Shown here in pieces: positions 19,003 to 28,473 of a stretch of 58,167 nt of DNA. The stretch's first letter is position 1. The number at the start of each line of letters is the position of its first letter. The translations under genes were made by a program, and so were the position numbers. Below the pieces are notes generated by a model. That model was not told where the DNA came from and did not search any database. It saw nothing but the letters and a program-made list of their open reading frames with translations. Source of the DNA: Candidatus Enterousia sp. (lineage in GTDB: Bacteria; Pseudomonadota; Alphaproteobacteria; Rs-D84); contig JAZRJG010000022.1 in assembly GCA_045645725.1 (NCBI GenBank), forward strand, positions 1 to 58,167. The letters run 5' to 3'.

Positions 19003-19830
19003 TTAAGCAGATACAGAATCCGAACATTTAATGCGAACGATTCCGTTATTATCAATCAAGACCGCGCCTTGGGACATACTGTTGCTGATAAAGTGCGCGG
19101 CACGTTCGCCATGCCATGAAATATCTGTTTTAACATCTTGGCCACACGCATGACCAACGGCGGACGAATGATAAATAAAGCAATCACGATTATCATCGGT
19201 CACAGGCAAACCGTTATACAAAACCCACGTGATACCCAACCATTTGCGCGATTCAAAACCATTTAACATTGGACCATTGTCGCCAACAAAGTCAGCAGAT
19301 GTAAATTCTGCCATTGACAATAATGCGTTCCATTGATTTACACCAACAACCGCAAAACGACGACCATCATCGGGGACATCGTTTGTATTCAAAACCGCAA
19401 CAGCCGATAAAATCAAATCTTTGGTTAATGGCGCAGCATAATCACCAACCGCGGTGGTTGCAGTATCCATTGCATTAACAATTAATTCATCTGTTTTGCG
19501 ACCCAACGCATATGCCCCTGCAGACGCAACGACACGACGTTCATCAATATTTGTTTTTAATTCATCCAATGCGTCAACCCAATCACCGGCATAATAATCC
19601 GACAACGCACATTCAACAGGTTCATGATTCAAATTCATAACCGGCACAATACCATGACGTGATTTAGTACTGGCGATACCACGACCAACTTTTTGAAACG
19701 TGGTGGACGCACCAATAACACCCGATTTACTGCGAACAGTGGAACGTAATTTCGTCCCCATTTGCTGATATGCCAAATGCACATCGGCTTCGAATTGTTT
19801 CACGAAGACATTATCTATGGAAACAGACAT
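19003..19830 (-). CDS. Major capsid protein (podovirus HK97-fold type), 275 aa
   Basis: FVKQFEADVHLAYQQMGTKLR, DELK, AYALGRKTDELI, FTSADFV, WLGITW, MSQGAVLID. Confidence 0.88.
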   Translation of the reverse strand: MSVSIDNVFVKQFEADVHLAYQQMGTKLRSTVRSKSGVIGASTTFQKVGRGIASTKSRHGIVPVMNLNHEPVECALSDYYAGDWVDALDELKTNIDERRVVASAGAYALGRKTDELIVNAMDTATTAVGDYAAPLTKDLILSAVAVLNTNDVPDDGRRFAVVGVNQWNALLSMAEFTSADFVGDNGPMLNGFESRKWLGITWVLYNGLPVTDDNRDCFIYHSSAVGHACGQDVKTDISWHGERAAHFISNSMSQGAVLIDNNGIVRIKCSDSVSA

Positions 19831-19861
19831 ATAAAAATCCTTTGGTTAAAAAATGAAAAAA

Positions 19862-20002
19862 GATGTCGTACGACATCCGTTAAATATTTTTTATTTTTCG
19901 GTTATGCAAAAATGCGCCGACAAACAAAAAGTATTCAGGTCCAATTTTTATGGATTGTCTGATAAAAAAATCAGTTGGACTGTGCACGATTATCCAACTG
20001 AT
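19862..20002 (-). promoter_or_regulatory. Structured 5' leader of the capsid gene (three bulged hairpins plus a 16-bp palindrome)
   Basis: Hairpins at 19970-20002, 19935-19962 and 19898-19920; palindrome GATGTCGTACGACATC 19862-19877. Confidence 0.55.
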
Positions 20003-20061
20003 AATTTTATTAAACAAAAGCCCCCAAAGACGGGGGCCAAATCATAATAAATTAATAATGA

Positions 20062-20547
20062 TTATTTTTTCTTTGCGCATGCTTTTTTTGCACATGGCTT
20101 TTTTGCACATGGTTTTGCAGCAACTTTTTTCGCACATGCTTTTTTTGCAACTGGTTTCGCAGCAACTTTTTTAACCGCTGCTTTTTTTGCAACTGGTTTT
20201 GCAGCAACTTTTTTTGCAGCCGGTTTCGCAGCTGGTTTTTTAACCACTACTTTTTTCGCGGCTGGTTTTGCAGCAACTTTTTTCGCAGCAGGTTTCGCAG
20301 CAGGTTTTTTAACCACTACTTTTTTTGCAGCTGGTTTTGCAGCAACTTTTTTTGCAGCCGGTTTTGCAGCAACTTTTTTCGCAACCGGTTTTGCAGCAGG
20401 TTTTTTAACCGCTACTTTTTTTGCTGCTGGTTTTTCTGCTGCTTTTTTTGCAACAGGTTTTTTAACCGCTGCTTTTTTTGCAACTGGTTTTTCTGCTGCT
20501 TTTTTTGCAGCAACTTTTTTAGATGGTCTTAAAAATGAAAATGCCAT
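20062..20547 (-). CDS. Histone H1-like Lys/Ala/Pro-rich DNA-binding protein
   Basis: Tandem KKVAAKPAA-type repeats over ~150 aa; AAGGAG SD; hairpin after the stop. Confidence 0.85.
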   Translation of the reverse strand: MAFSFLRPSKKVAAKKAAEKPVAKKAAVKKPVAKKAAEKPAAKKVAVKKPAAKPVAKKVAAKPAAKKVAAKPAAKKVVVKKPAAKPAAKKVAAKPAAKKVVVKKPAAKPAAKKVAAKPVAKKAAVKKVAAKPVAKKACAKKVAAKPCAKKPCAKKACAKKK

Positions 20548-20652
20548 TATTCTCTCCTTTAATAGTTTGGATAGAACAAATCCGTTTTGTTCTTACTGTG
20601 CATTTTATCGAAAATGCGAAACATAGTAAAGAAGAAAGTGTGTTTTTTTTCA

Positions 20653-21309
20653 TTATGAATATAATTTTTTAAAACCATTTTCTATTTTTCTGATGTATTC
20701 AATATCATTATCACGCCAATATTTTGGATCGCGCATCATTGAACGTAAATCTGCATCTGTTAAATTTTGTATTGAATTTTTTTCGGTGTGAACATTTGGT
20801 TCCATTGTTTGCATCATCTTGTACACGCTTTGAATTCCGCGGGGTGTGGCACACAATGAATCAAATGCATCACGTGGTAAAAATCGTTCACCAAATGTTT
20901 GTATTGCATGTAATGCATCATTCATTTTTTCTTCGCCACCAAAATAATTTCTTAATTCATTAATCGAATTTGTTTGCGAATTAACAGAAAATATTTCACA
21001 CAATATTGGTGATAAAAATTCGTTTGCAATATCATAAATTTTTTCAACCTGACCACAGGTTAAACCAATATCTAAAAATTTTTCACGCAATTTTTCATCA
21101 TCATATATTTCATGCGTCGGGTATTCTGATGCAGTTTCCGGAACACCAATCGCACGATTAAATTTTTGTCGCACATCGGTGTCACTGTCATCCGTTGGTA
21201 TTGATACCATTGTGCCAATCTTTTTTTCTAATTCTTTGTACGATTTCATTAAAGCATCGGAATTTAATGTGCCATCTGGGTTCAAAAATTTTTCAGGGAT
21301 GTTATCCAT
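20653..21309 (-). CDS. Capsid assembly (scaffold) protein, T7 gp9-like
   Basis: IPEKF...LMKSYKELEKK N-terminus, MRDPKYW...F..LY C-terminus. Confidence 0.8.
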   Translation of the reverse strand: MDNIPEKFLNPDGTLNSDALMKSYKELEKKIGTMVSIPTDDSDTDVRQKFNRAIGVPETASEYPTHEIYDDEKLREKFLDIGLTCGQVEKIYDIANEFLSPILCEIFSVNSQTNSINELRNYFGGEEKMNDALHAIQTFGERFLPRDAFDSLCATPRGIQSVYKMMQTMEPNVHTEKNSIQNLTDADLRSMMRDPKYWRDNDIEYIRKIENGFKKLYS

Positions 21310-21499
21310 TTCTTTTCCTTTTGTTTTCATTGGAACGACGTAAAAAATATATGCCACCAAATGCAAATATCGATTGCAGTGTGGTAAACAAATCTGAATC
21401 ACCAACCAAATATGCACCCACCGCCGTCAATATGCCGGTCGCAGATAAAATATATGTGCGATAGCCACAAAGATGACCACCACGAATTATCTTGTTCAT
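21302..21499 (-). CDS. Putative holin (two TM helices, basic tail)
   Basis: GYRTYI...GAYLVGD...GIYFLRR + KRKR; next to a cell-wall hydrolase; overlaps the scaffold start. Confidence 0.65.
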   Translation of the reverse strand: MNKIIRGGHLCGYRTYILSATGILTAVGAYLVGDSDLFTTLQSIFAFGGIYFLRRSNENKRKRNG

Positions 21500-21511
21500 G
21501 TTAATTGCCCA

Positions 21512-21898
21512 CTATAAATAAAACAGCATTCCATCAATATCTGCAATATAACCACGCGATGTGGCCCAATCAGGTATGACATCACCATGGTGAAACATCG
21601 TTGCGCCACAGCACATATCCGGCAGCACACCGGTTAACATACGACGCGCAACACGAACGCACATATCAAAGCGATGCGCAACCATATCCCCAGACGCATA
21701 TTTACGCGAAAAGATATCTGATTTATCTGTCACCTGTTCAATAGTCATACCCGATTTATCCGATAAATTTTTTATCATTGATGTTAATGCTTCGACCACA
21801 GGTAATGTTTTGCCGCCCGTTTCATAATAGACCGTACGCGCAACTTTATATGCCAAACATTCGGACGTATCCGTTTGTGGAATTAATGCCATAATCAT
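21512..21898 (-). CDS. SleB/Hydrolase_2-like cell-wall hydrolase (putative endolysin)
   Basis: ARTVYYE catalytic-Glu motif; GATMFHH..V.PDWA...IDGMLFY. Confidence 0.7.
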   Translation of the reverse strand: MIMALIPQTDTSECLAYKVARTVYYETGGKTLPVVEALTSMIKNLSDKSGMTIEQVTDKSDIFSRKYASGDMVAHRFDMCVRVARRMLTGVLPDMCCGATMFHHGDVIPDWATSRGYIADIDGMLFYL

Positions 21899-22041
21899 TT
21901 TAATTTTGCCTTGGGTTATAAAAAAAATCACGCCAAGGCGTGATTAAATTAAAAAAACCACAACGATGTTGTGGATACTATTTGTGCTGTTTATGGTCAT
22001 AATATTAACATAATTTTGACAAAAAGTCAAGTGTTTTATTT

Positions 22042-22722
22042 TCAAACACTGATTTCATCACCAAAAACCAACAAATATCGCGTATCACGGCGCAATACCA
22101 AAGCACCATTTTCATTAATGCCAACCAATACCGCCGGTTCACCACGATATAAAATCGGTTTGTCCAAGCACGCCGCCAATTCTGTCCAACGTTGACGAAC
22201 CGCACGAAAATCCGAACGACGCCATTTATCCAAATTGCGCATTAATCGATTCAACAATTCTGTCATTGGTATTTCCGAATAGTTTTCCAATTTTGTCGTA
22301 CGATAACGATCAACAGTTGGGTTGGAATTCACGTTTATACCAATACCAACAATTACAAAACGACCCGAATATTCAATTAAAGTACCCGCAACTTTTTTAC
22401 CATCAACCAATATGTCGTTGGGCCATTTAATTGTGGGATGAATACCAAAAGATGCAATAGTTTCCGCCATTGCAACGGCCACCGCATATGACAAACGCGC
22501 ATCACGTTCGGGGCACGCGAATATAAAACTGACATACAAATTACCATGATGCGAAACCCATTTACGACGAAAACGTCCGCGACCGGCACTTTGCGCAGCC
22601 GCCAAAATCGCCATATGATCCGATGCACGCCCAGACGCAATCATTTCGTGCGCCGTGTCTTGGGTGCTGGGGATTTTATCAAAAGATATTAATTTATAGC
22701 CCGCCAATTTTATATACCCCAT
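22042..22722 (-). CDS. birA: Biotin-protein ligase (no HTH)
   Basis: STQD, QSAGRGRFRRKWVS, GNLY, IKWPNDILVDGKKVAG, GIGIN. Confidence 0.95.
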   Translation of the reverse strand: MGYIKLAGYKLISFDKIPSTQDTAHEMIASGRASDHMAILAAAQSAGRGRFRRKWVSHHGNLYVSFIFACPERDARLSYAVAVAMAETIASFGIHPTIKWPNDILVDGKKVAGTLIEYSGRFVIVGIGINVNSNPTVDRYRTTKLENYSEIPMTELLNRLMRNLDKWRRSDFRAVRQRWTELAACLDKPILYRGEPAVLVGINENGALVLRRDTRYLLVFGDEISV

Positions 22723-23113
22723 TAGTATTTAGTATAAAATCATGACCGTACATACGACGCAATTGATAAACCGCCGTATCAACCACATGCGTCGTCGCAT
22801 CAGGAGAATACCCCAGTGCAACTTTCAAATCCGCCGCAGACATCCCACCGGTTTTATATAACAAAACCAATAATTCAGATTGAATTCGTGATAAAGATAC
22901 AGATTCTCCAAAAATTTTGGCCAAAACACGACCGGAATCCGCCGCATCCAGCACCAAGGACTTTAATTGCAATGGTGTCATTGGGGATTTTATGTCCAAA
23001 TCATCAAAATTCAAATCGGTTAAAGTCGCATCGCCCAGAACAGTTGCGCCAAAATCGGTTAAAATTTGTCGCCAAATATTATCTGATGTATAAATACGTA
23101 CGCCGGATAACAT
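22694..23113 (-). CDS. OmpR/PhoB-type winged-helix domain protein
   Basis: LGYSPDATTHVVDTAVYQLRR...GVY C-terminal motif. Confidence 0.7.
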   Translation of the reverse strand: MLSGVRIYTSDNIWRQILTDFGATVLGDATLTDLNFDDLDIKSPMTPLQLKSLVLDAADSGRVLAKIFGESVSLSRIQSELLVLLYKTGGMSAADLKVALGYSPDATTHVVDTAVYQLRRMYGHDFILNTNGVYKIGGL

Positions 23114-23201
23114 GTTTTATATTGTAAACCACTTAAATCCCAATGTCTATAAAAAAACCACAGTGATTAAATTTACTGTGGTTGTGTGGTTCAAAATGTA
23201 T

Positions 23202-23450
23202 TCAAACATGCGATGCGGTGTCTGGTTCATCGATGTATTTCGTAAAATCTTGAATTTTGGAACCTGTGGACGCCAATATCTTGGAAATACTGTTGGTGGA
23301 CGGCCATCGGGGCTGACCTTCTTTGGACCAACGTTTGCTGCGATTAAAGGTTGTGGGATCAAGACCACTGCACTTTGCCAGACCAGAACAAGACATACCG
23401 TGTTCGTTTGCAAAGCGTTCAATGGCACGCCAAACTTCATCATGTGTCAT
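23202..23450 (-). CDS. Alphaproteobacterial HTH repressor N-domain (lacks the S24 domain)
   Basis: HDEVWRAIERFA...SGLAK.SGLDPTTFNRSKR...RWPST.SI.KIL signature. Confidence 0.85.
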   Translation of the reverse strand: MTHDEVWRAIERFANEHGMSCSGLAKCSGLDPTTFNRSKRWSKEGQPRWPSTNSISKILASTGSKIQDFTKYIDEPDTASHV

Positions 23451-23635
23451 TTTTTATCTCCATTGTTTTAGATACTGGGGCATTAATTTGTCGCACAGTT
23501 TACATTGATTTTACGCAATACTTTTAGCACAAACAATAAGTACCATTTCCTAGTTTATGGGACAAAAAAATTATACTAAAAAAAATTTTGACAAAACACT
23601 TGACGAATCGATTTTTGTATACTATATTCTTAATT

Positions 23636-23826
23636 GTCAAAGGGACAAAGCCCGATGACCAGATGCGAAAGCACCTGTGGGGACCAGAGGTTCAGACTCC
23701 CTCCTACATTCTCTCTCCTCTGGACTCTGGGCCCCAACACATTAGTTTAGAGTGTCCAATTTCTTTTTCTCCTTTCCTTCCTTTCGGGACACTCGGAAAT
23801 ACCGCCGGCGACGGCGGTATTTTTTT
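23636..23826 (+). ncRNA. Candidate sRNA with CU-rich (anti-SD-like) loops
   Basis: Promoter TTGACG-17-TATATT (23600-23628); hairpins with loops CTCCCTCCTACATTCTCTCTCC and TTCTCCTTTCCTTCC; terminator AAATACCGCCG/CGGCGGTATTT. Confidence 0.6.
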
Positions 23827-23835
23827 ATTTGTCTG

Positions 23836-26034
23836 TTACATAAAATTTATGGGATTGACGTCGATTTTAACACGGATGTTGGCGGGACGTTTGACTTTAT
23901 CCAACCAACGCGCAACAACCGGCTGTAACGCGGCGGTACGACCGCCCGTAACCAAAAATCGCATGCGATACCAATTACGTATCTGATATATCTGGGCCGT
24001 GATGGGCCCCATAATACGACCGCCGGTTAAAACAGGGGCCGCAGCCGCCAAATCCGCACAGTACTTTTGCAGGACAGATTCTTTTTCGCCTTCTACTATT
24101 ACCGCGATTAATTGACCATATGGGGGCATTTGTGCCGCGCGGCGGCCCGCCATATCAATTGACATAAATCCATCACGGTCGCCCGCACATAATGCCGTTA
24201 TAACAGGATGGTCGGGTTGATAGGTTTGCAACAATACACGCCCCGCCAATGCGCCACGTCCCGCACGACCGGCAACTTGGAATAATTGTTGAAACGTGTG
24301 TTCGGCGGCACGAAAGTCCGTTCCGAACAATCCCATATCGGCATCAACCACACCAACCAAGGTCAAGTTTGGAAAATGATGACCTTTGGCCAAAATTTGC
24401 GTGCCAATAACCACATTTATTTCGCCGGATTCCATTTTATCAACCAATCTTTCCAATGCACCGCGCGATGTTATTATATCACTGGACACCAATGCGGTAC
24501 GCGCATCGGGAAAACGCGCATTTACTTCTTGTTCTATCTTTTCCAATCCGACGCCACGCATAGTAATACCTGTTCCGCAATCAGGACACGTTTGCGGCAG
24601 TGGCTTGGTCCGTCCGCACATATGACACAACAATTTTCCTGTGCGTTTATGGTATGTCATCCCAACACTGCAATCGGGGCACGTTGCCGCCCATCCACAC
24701 TTGTTACACCCAACCAAGGGCGCAAAACCACGACGGTTGATAAACAGCATAACCTGTTGACCGGAATTAAGCGTTTGAGATATAGAATCACACATAACAG
24801 GCGACAAATATCCGGTTTGCGGTTCTTCGCCGATTAAATATTGTGTTGGACGGTTTTCACGCAGATCTATGGTTGTAATGTCCGGCATTTGCGCGCCACC
24901 AAATCGGGACGATAATCGCAAGTGAGTGTATTTTCCAATATTCACATTTTCCAATGTTTCCGCCGCAGGTGTCGCAGACGCCAAAACCACCGGAATACCC
25001 GCAATTGCCGCACGCAAAATCGCCATATCGCGCGCGTGGTAATTTCCCATATCTTCTTGTTTATACGATGTATCATGCTCTTCATCTATGACAATCAAAC
25101 CCAAATCTGTCCATGGCAAAAATAAAGCACTGCGCGTGCCAACAACCATACGAATTTCACCATTCAATACACCACGCCATATCGCACGACGACGCGCGGC
25201 GGTCAGATTACTGTGCCATACAACGGGTGCAGCACCAAAACGCGACGCAAAACGGTGCATAAACTGGGCCGTTAATGCAATTTCAGGCATCATTAATAAT
25301 ACAGATTTGCCCGCACTGTATGCGCGCCACGCTGCATCAAAATAAACTTGGGTTTTACCACTGCCCGTGACGCCGTCCAATAAAAACACAGAAAAACCAC
25401 CCCGCCCCAAAGACGCACCAATTGCATCGGCGGCAATTTGTTGTTCCGTGTTTAATTTTATATCGCCAGAATCATGATACTTGGCAGAAAAATCCATTAT
25501 ATTTTTTGTCTGGGTCCCAGATGCAACCAATAAACCTTTGTTAATCATGGTGCGCACAACAGATGAAGCAACACCGGAAATATGTTGGATATCAAATGCC
25601 GTCATGGCTTCGTTGTCATTTGCAGAAAACGCATCCATTACCGATTGACGATTGGTTGTCATACGACCGTTAACATCGTGATTATATACATACAGTGTTT
25701 CAACCGGCGGTGGCAAAAATACATCCGGTACATTTATGATTAATCGCAACACCATCCCCAATGGCATCAGTGTCCAATCCGACATACGACGCAGCCACTG
25801 CAAATCGGTTATATCCAATTTATTTTCAAATATTTGGGTTACATTCTTGATTTTTTCGGGGGCCAGACCACTGTCCCCCACGCCCCAGACAACGCCAATA
25901 CACGGACGATTCATAACAGTAACACACACAAACGTGCCAATATCCGCCGGTCCGGTTAAACGATAATCATAACCAGAATTCGGAATATTGGATATCAAAA
26001 CCTTTACAATCGTACCAGATGAGAACATGTCCAT
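23836..26034 (-). CDS. priA: Primosomal protein N'
   Basis: DGVTGSGKTQVY, PEIALT, GTRSALF, DEEHD, NRRG, tandem CxxC Zn motifs, AKGHHFP, QVAGRAGR. Confidence 0.97.
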   Translation of the reverse strand: MDMFSSGTIVKVLISNIPNSGYDYRLTGPADIGTFVCVTVMNRPCIGVVWGVGDSGLAPEKIKNVTQIFENKLDITDLQWLRRMSDWTLMPLGMVLRLIINVPDVFLPPPVETLYVYNHDVNGRMTTNRQSVMDAFSANDNEAMTAFDIQHISGVASSVVRTMINKGLLVASGTQTKNIMDFSAKYHDSGDIKLNTEQQIAADAIGASLGRGGFSVFLLDGVTGSGKTQVYFDAAWRAYSAGKSVLLMMPEIALTAQFMHRFASRFGAAPVVWHSNLTAARRRAIWRGVLNGEIRMVVGTRSALFLPWTDLGLIVIDEEHDTSYKQEDMGNYHARDMAILRAAIAGIPVVLASATPAAETLENVNIGKYTHLRLSSRFGGAQMPDITTIDLRENRPTQYLIGEEPQTGYLSPVMCDSISQTLNSGQQVMLFINRRGFAPLVGCNKCGWAATCPDCSVGMTYHKRTGKLLCHMCGRTKPLPQTCPDCGTGITMRGVGLEKIEQEVNARFPDARTALVSSDIITSRGALERLVDKMESGEINVVIGTQILAKGHHFPNLTLVGVVDADMGLFGTDFRAAEHTFQQLFQVAGRAGRGALAGRVLLQTYQPDHPVITALCAGDRDGFMSIDMAGRRAAQMPPYGQLIAVIVEGEKESVLQKYCADLAAAAPVLTGGRIMGPITAQIYQIRNWYRMRFLVTGGRTAALQPVVARWLDKVKRPANIRVKIDVNPINFM

Positions 26035-26096
26035 AAAATACTTGTTTTTTTTTAATTTTTCAATACCATTATTTTCAAATAAATATCGAGTTTTAT

Positions 26097-26819
26097 ATGT
26101 GGAGAACTTTTTTTGAATTGTGTGATTTTTTTGTGGGATTTATCCCAAACCGTGATACACGTGATAGAATCAGACGCGACAGATTATATAACTTTCGCAA
26201 AAAAATGAACGCACTGCGTATGATTATACCAATGTCAGAATTCAAAAATGTAAAATTAATAAAAGGCGGATGGAATATCGGATTTATCGTGAACAATAAT
26301 GCTGTTTATAAAATTCGCAAACACTATGAAAACGGCGCACATAACGACAGAATCATCCGCGAAAAACGCATAACTGATGCGTTTACAAAAATCGTTAAAT
26401 TGCAAATCCCAAAAATAGAAATCATTGAATGCGATGGATACACATTTTATAAATATAATTTCATACGTGGCAAAAATATGAATTTCTGTGGCAAGCGTAC
26501 AATTGAACGCAACAAATACAAATGGGCAAAACAATTGGCGCAATTTATTTATGATATGCACTGTGCCGACCCCGCAGAAATCGCAGATTTGAAAGTCAAT
26601 GATGGTGATGGATGGCACCACAATGACATATGCAATAATGTTATCATTAACAAAAAAACAAAAGACATCGTGGGGATAATTGATTGGGAATACGCAGGTT
26701 GGGGACCAATAAAAACCGAATTTAACAATACAGCCGTATATTCCAGCAAAATGAGACAGGCGAACTTTTCCAAAATAGTTGAAGAGGAATATAAAAAAAT
26801 AATCTCTTCTGCCGGTTGA
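26097..26819 (+). CDS. APH/choline-kinase-like phosphotransferase
   Basis: HHNDI..NVI and GIIDWE motifs. Confidence 0.75.
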   Translation: MWRTFFELCDFFVGFIPNRDTRDRIRRDRLYNFRKKMNALRMIIPMSEFKNVKLIKGGWNIGFIVNNNAVYKIRKHYENGAHNDRIIREKRITDAFTKIVKLQIPKIEIIECDGYTFYKYNFIRGKNMNFCGKRTIERNKYKWAKQLAQFIYDMHCADPAEIADLKVNDGDGWHHNDICNNVIINKKTKDIVGIIDWEYAGWGPIKTEFNNTAVYSSKMRQANFSKIVEEEYKKIISSAG

Positions 26820-26869
26820 CAACGGACTTTTTTGGGCTATATTTATTCCGATAAATAAAAAGGTGCCCT

Positions 26870-27469
26870 ATGTCCAAAGATAACACAATCAGCAAAACCC
26901 CAAACGCTTCTGAAATCGTTGCCAATAAATGTATCGCATTAATATGCGAAGATATGGCAAGCGAATACGGATATTATTTTATCACAGATGATAATAACCG
27001 AAATAAATGGTGCGAACTGTTGGAATATCGTGACGATGCCAATCAATATGCAATTCATTTAGCACGGGTTAAATTAATGACGGTTGTGGACAATGATTCA
27101 AAGGCAACCAATCCTGCGTTTTTGGAAACGGTTTTGACAAAGATTGCAAAACATTTGGTCAAATATACCATGAAGAATCCAATCTATTTTAATGAACAGA
27201 CAACTGAAACAGACGCAGATTCAAAGCAGGTAAAAAATGCAAAACGTGCAATTCGTCGGACTTTGGCATTGCAATACTTACACGAAAAATTAATAACAGA
27301 AAATAAGTATCTGATTAGTATACGTGAAAAACATAACCACAGACCACGTACACGCACAGCAACAGCAGAAAGACACAAAAAACACATTGAACAAGCATTG
27401 AAAACCAGACGCGAAATAAACAGCATCTTCCAAGAAGAAGGATGCCCAAAACGATTTAAAAAGCGTTAA
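26870..27469 (+). CDS. Hypothetical protein with basic C-terminus
   Basis: 199-aa ORF with AAGG SD filling the gap before miaA. Confidence 0.65.
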   Translation: MSKDNTISKTPNASEIVANKCIALICEDMASEYGYYFITDDNNRNKWCELLEYRDDANQYAIHLARVKLMTVVDNDSKATNPAFLETVLTKIAKHLVKYTMKNPIYFNEQTTETDADSKQVKNAKRAIRRTLALQYLHEKLITENKYLISIREKHNHRPRTRTATAERHKKHIEQALKTRREINSIFQEEGCPKRFKKR

Positions 27470-28359
27470 TTTTCAGATAAAAGCAAATCTAAATCCGCAT
27501 CGTCACCGGTGCGGTTTATTATTATATCCGGCGAAAATTGTGTGCGAAACCACGTACGTTGACGTTTGGCATATTGATTGGTTTTATTTATCCAATCCGA
27601 CACACATTCTGCATAGTTTTTTTCACCACGTATATATGCACACAGTTGCGACGCACCAATCGCACGACGTTCGTCCCATCCGGATTCAATAACAGATTGC
27701 GCTTCGGCCAAGGCGCCGCCGGACAACATTTGCGGAATGCGGGATGCAATACGTTCACGCAAAATTTCCGTCGGTGGGTTTATTAAAATACGTCGCGCAT
27801 GCGGAACAACCGCACCCGTACGTGGCAGATTCTGAAATTCAATTAAGTGACGCCCCGTTTGTAAAAAGACCTCTAATGCGCGGGCGACGCGCTGAGGATC
27901 TGTGGCGGTGAATTCGGCCGGCAACATCGCACGTGCCGCGTTAATATCTTTGGACACCATTTGACGGGCGCGTGCGCGATTTTCATCCGACACATCCGGC
28001 ATAGGCGATATTCCATTTATCAATGCGTTTATATAATATCCCGTTCCACCAACAAAAATCACAGGGCGACCATTTGATACAGATTTTTCATATTCCACAC
28101 GTGCCAATTCCAGATATTCTGATACAGAAATCTGGGATTCCAATGGCAATATAGAAAACAGTCGATAAGGAACGCCTTCAAATTCGGGCGTAATTTCACA
28201 ACCGGCAAATGGGGATGCAGATATATTTTCAATGCCACGATATATTTGAACGCTGTCACAATTTATGATTGTGGCATTTATTTGACGTGCCAAGCGATGG
28301 GCAAAGGACGACTTTCCCGACGCAGTTGGACCGGCAATGATATATGATTTTACTGTCAT
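27466..28359 (-). CDS. miaA: tRNA dimethylallyltransferase
   Basis: GPTASGKS, DSVQIY, VGGTGYY, RVARALEV, YAKRQRTWFR. Confidence 0.95.
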   Translation of the reverse strand: MTVKSYIIAGPTASGKSSFAHRLARQINATIINCDSVQIYRGIENISASPFAGCEITPEFEGVPYRLFSILPLESQISVSEYLELARVEYEKSVSNGRPVIFVGGTGYYINALINGISPMPDVSDENRARARQMVSKDINAARAMLPAEFTATDPQRVARALEVFLQTGRHLIEFQNLPRTGAVVPHARRILINPPTEILRERIASRIPQMLSGGALAEAQSVIESGWDERRAIGASQLCAYIRGEKNYAECVSDWINKTNQYAKRQRTWFRTQFSPDIIINRTGDDADLDLLLSEN

Positions 28360-28473
28360 TTGTATGTAATTATACCCGTAGTTATCGCGATGTAAATAAA
28401 ATATTGTAAATTTCGAAATTGTGGTGCTATGATAACCGTGTCCAATTTATTAATTAACGAAAGGAAAAGTATT

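Noticed and set aside
8554-22040. Intact temperate prophage integrated at tRNA-Ala
   Set aside because: No integrase, no duplicated tRNA 3' end seen at the far side, rpsU lies between the tRNA and the module, and there are no phage replication genes
23588-23986. 132-aa + strand ORF
   Set aside because: Runs through the sRNA candidate and terminator and antisense into priA; no protein-like features
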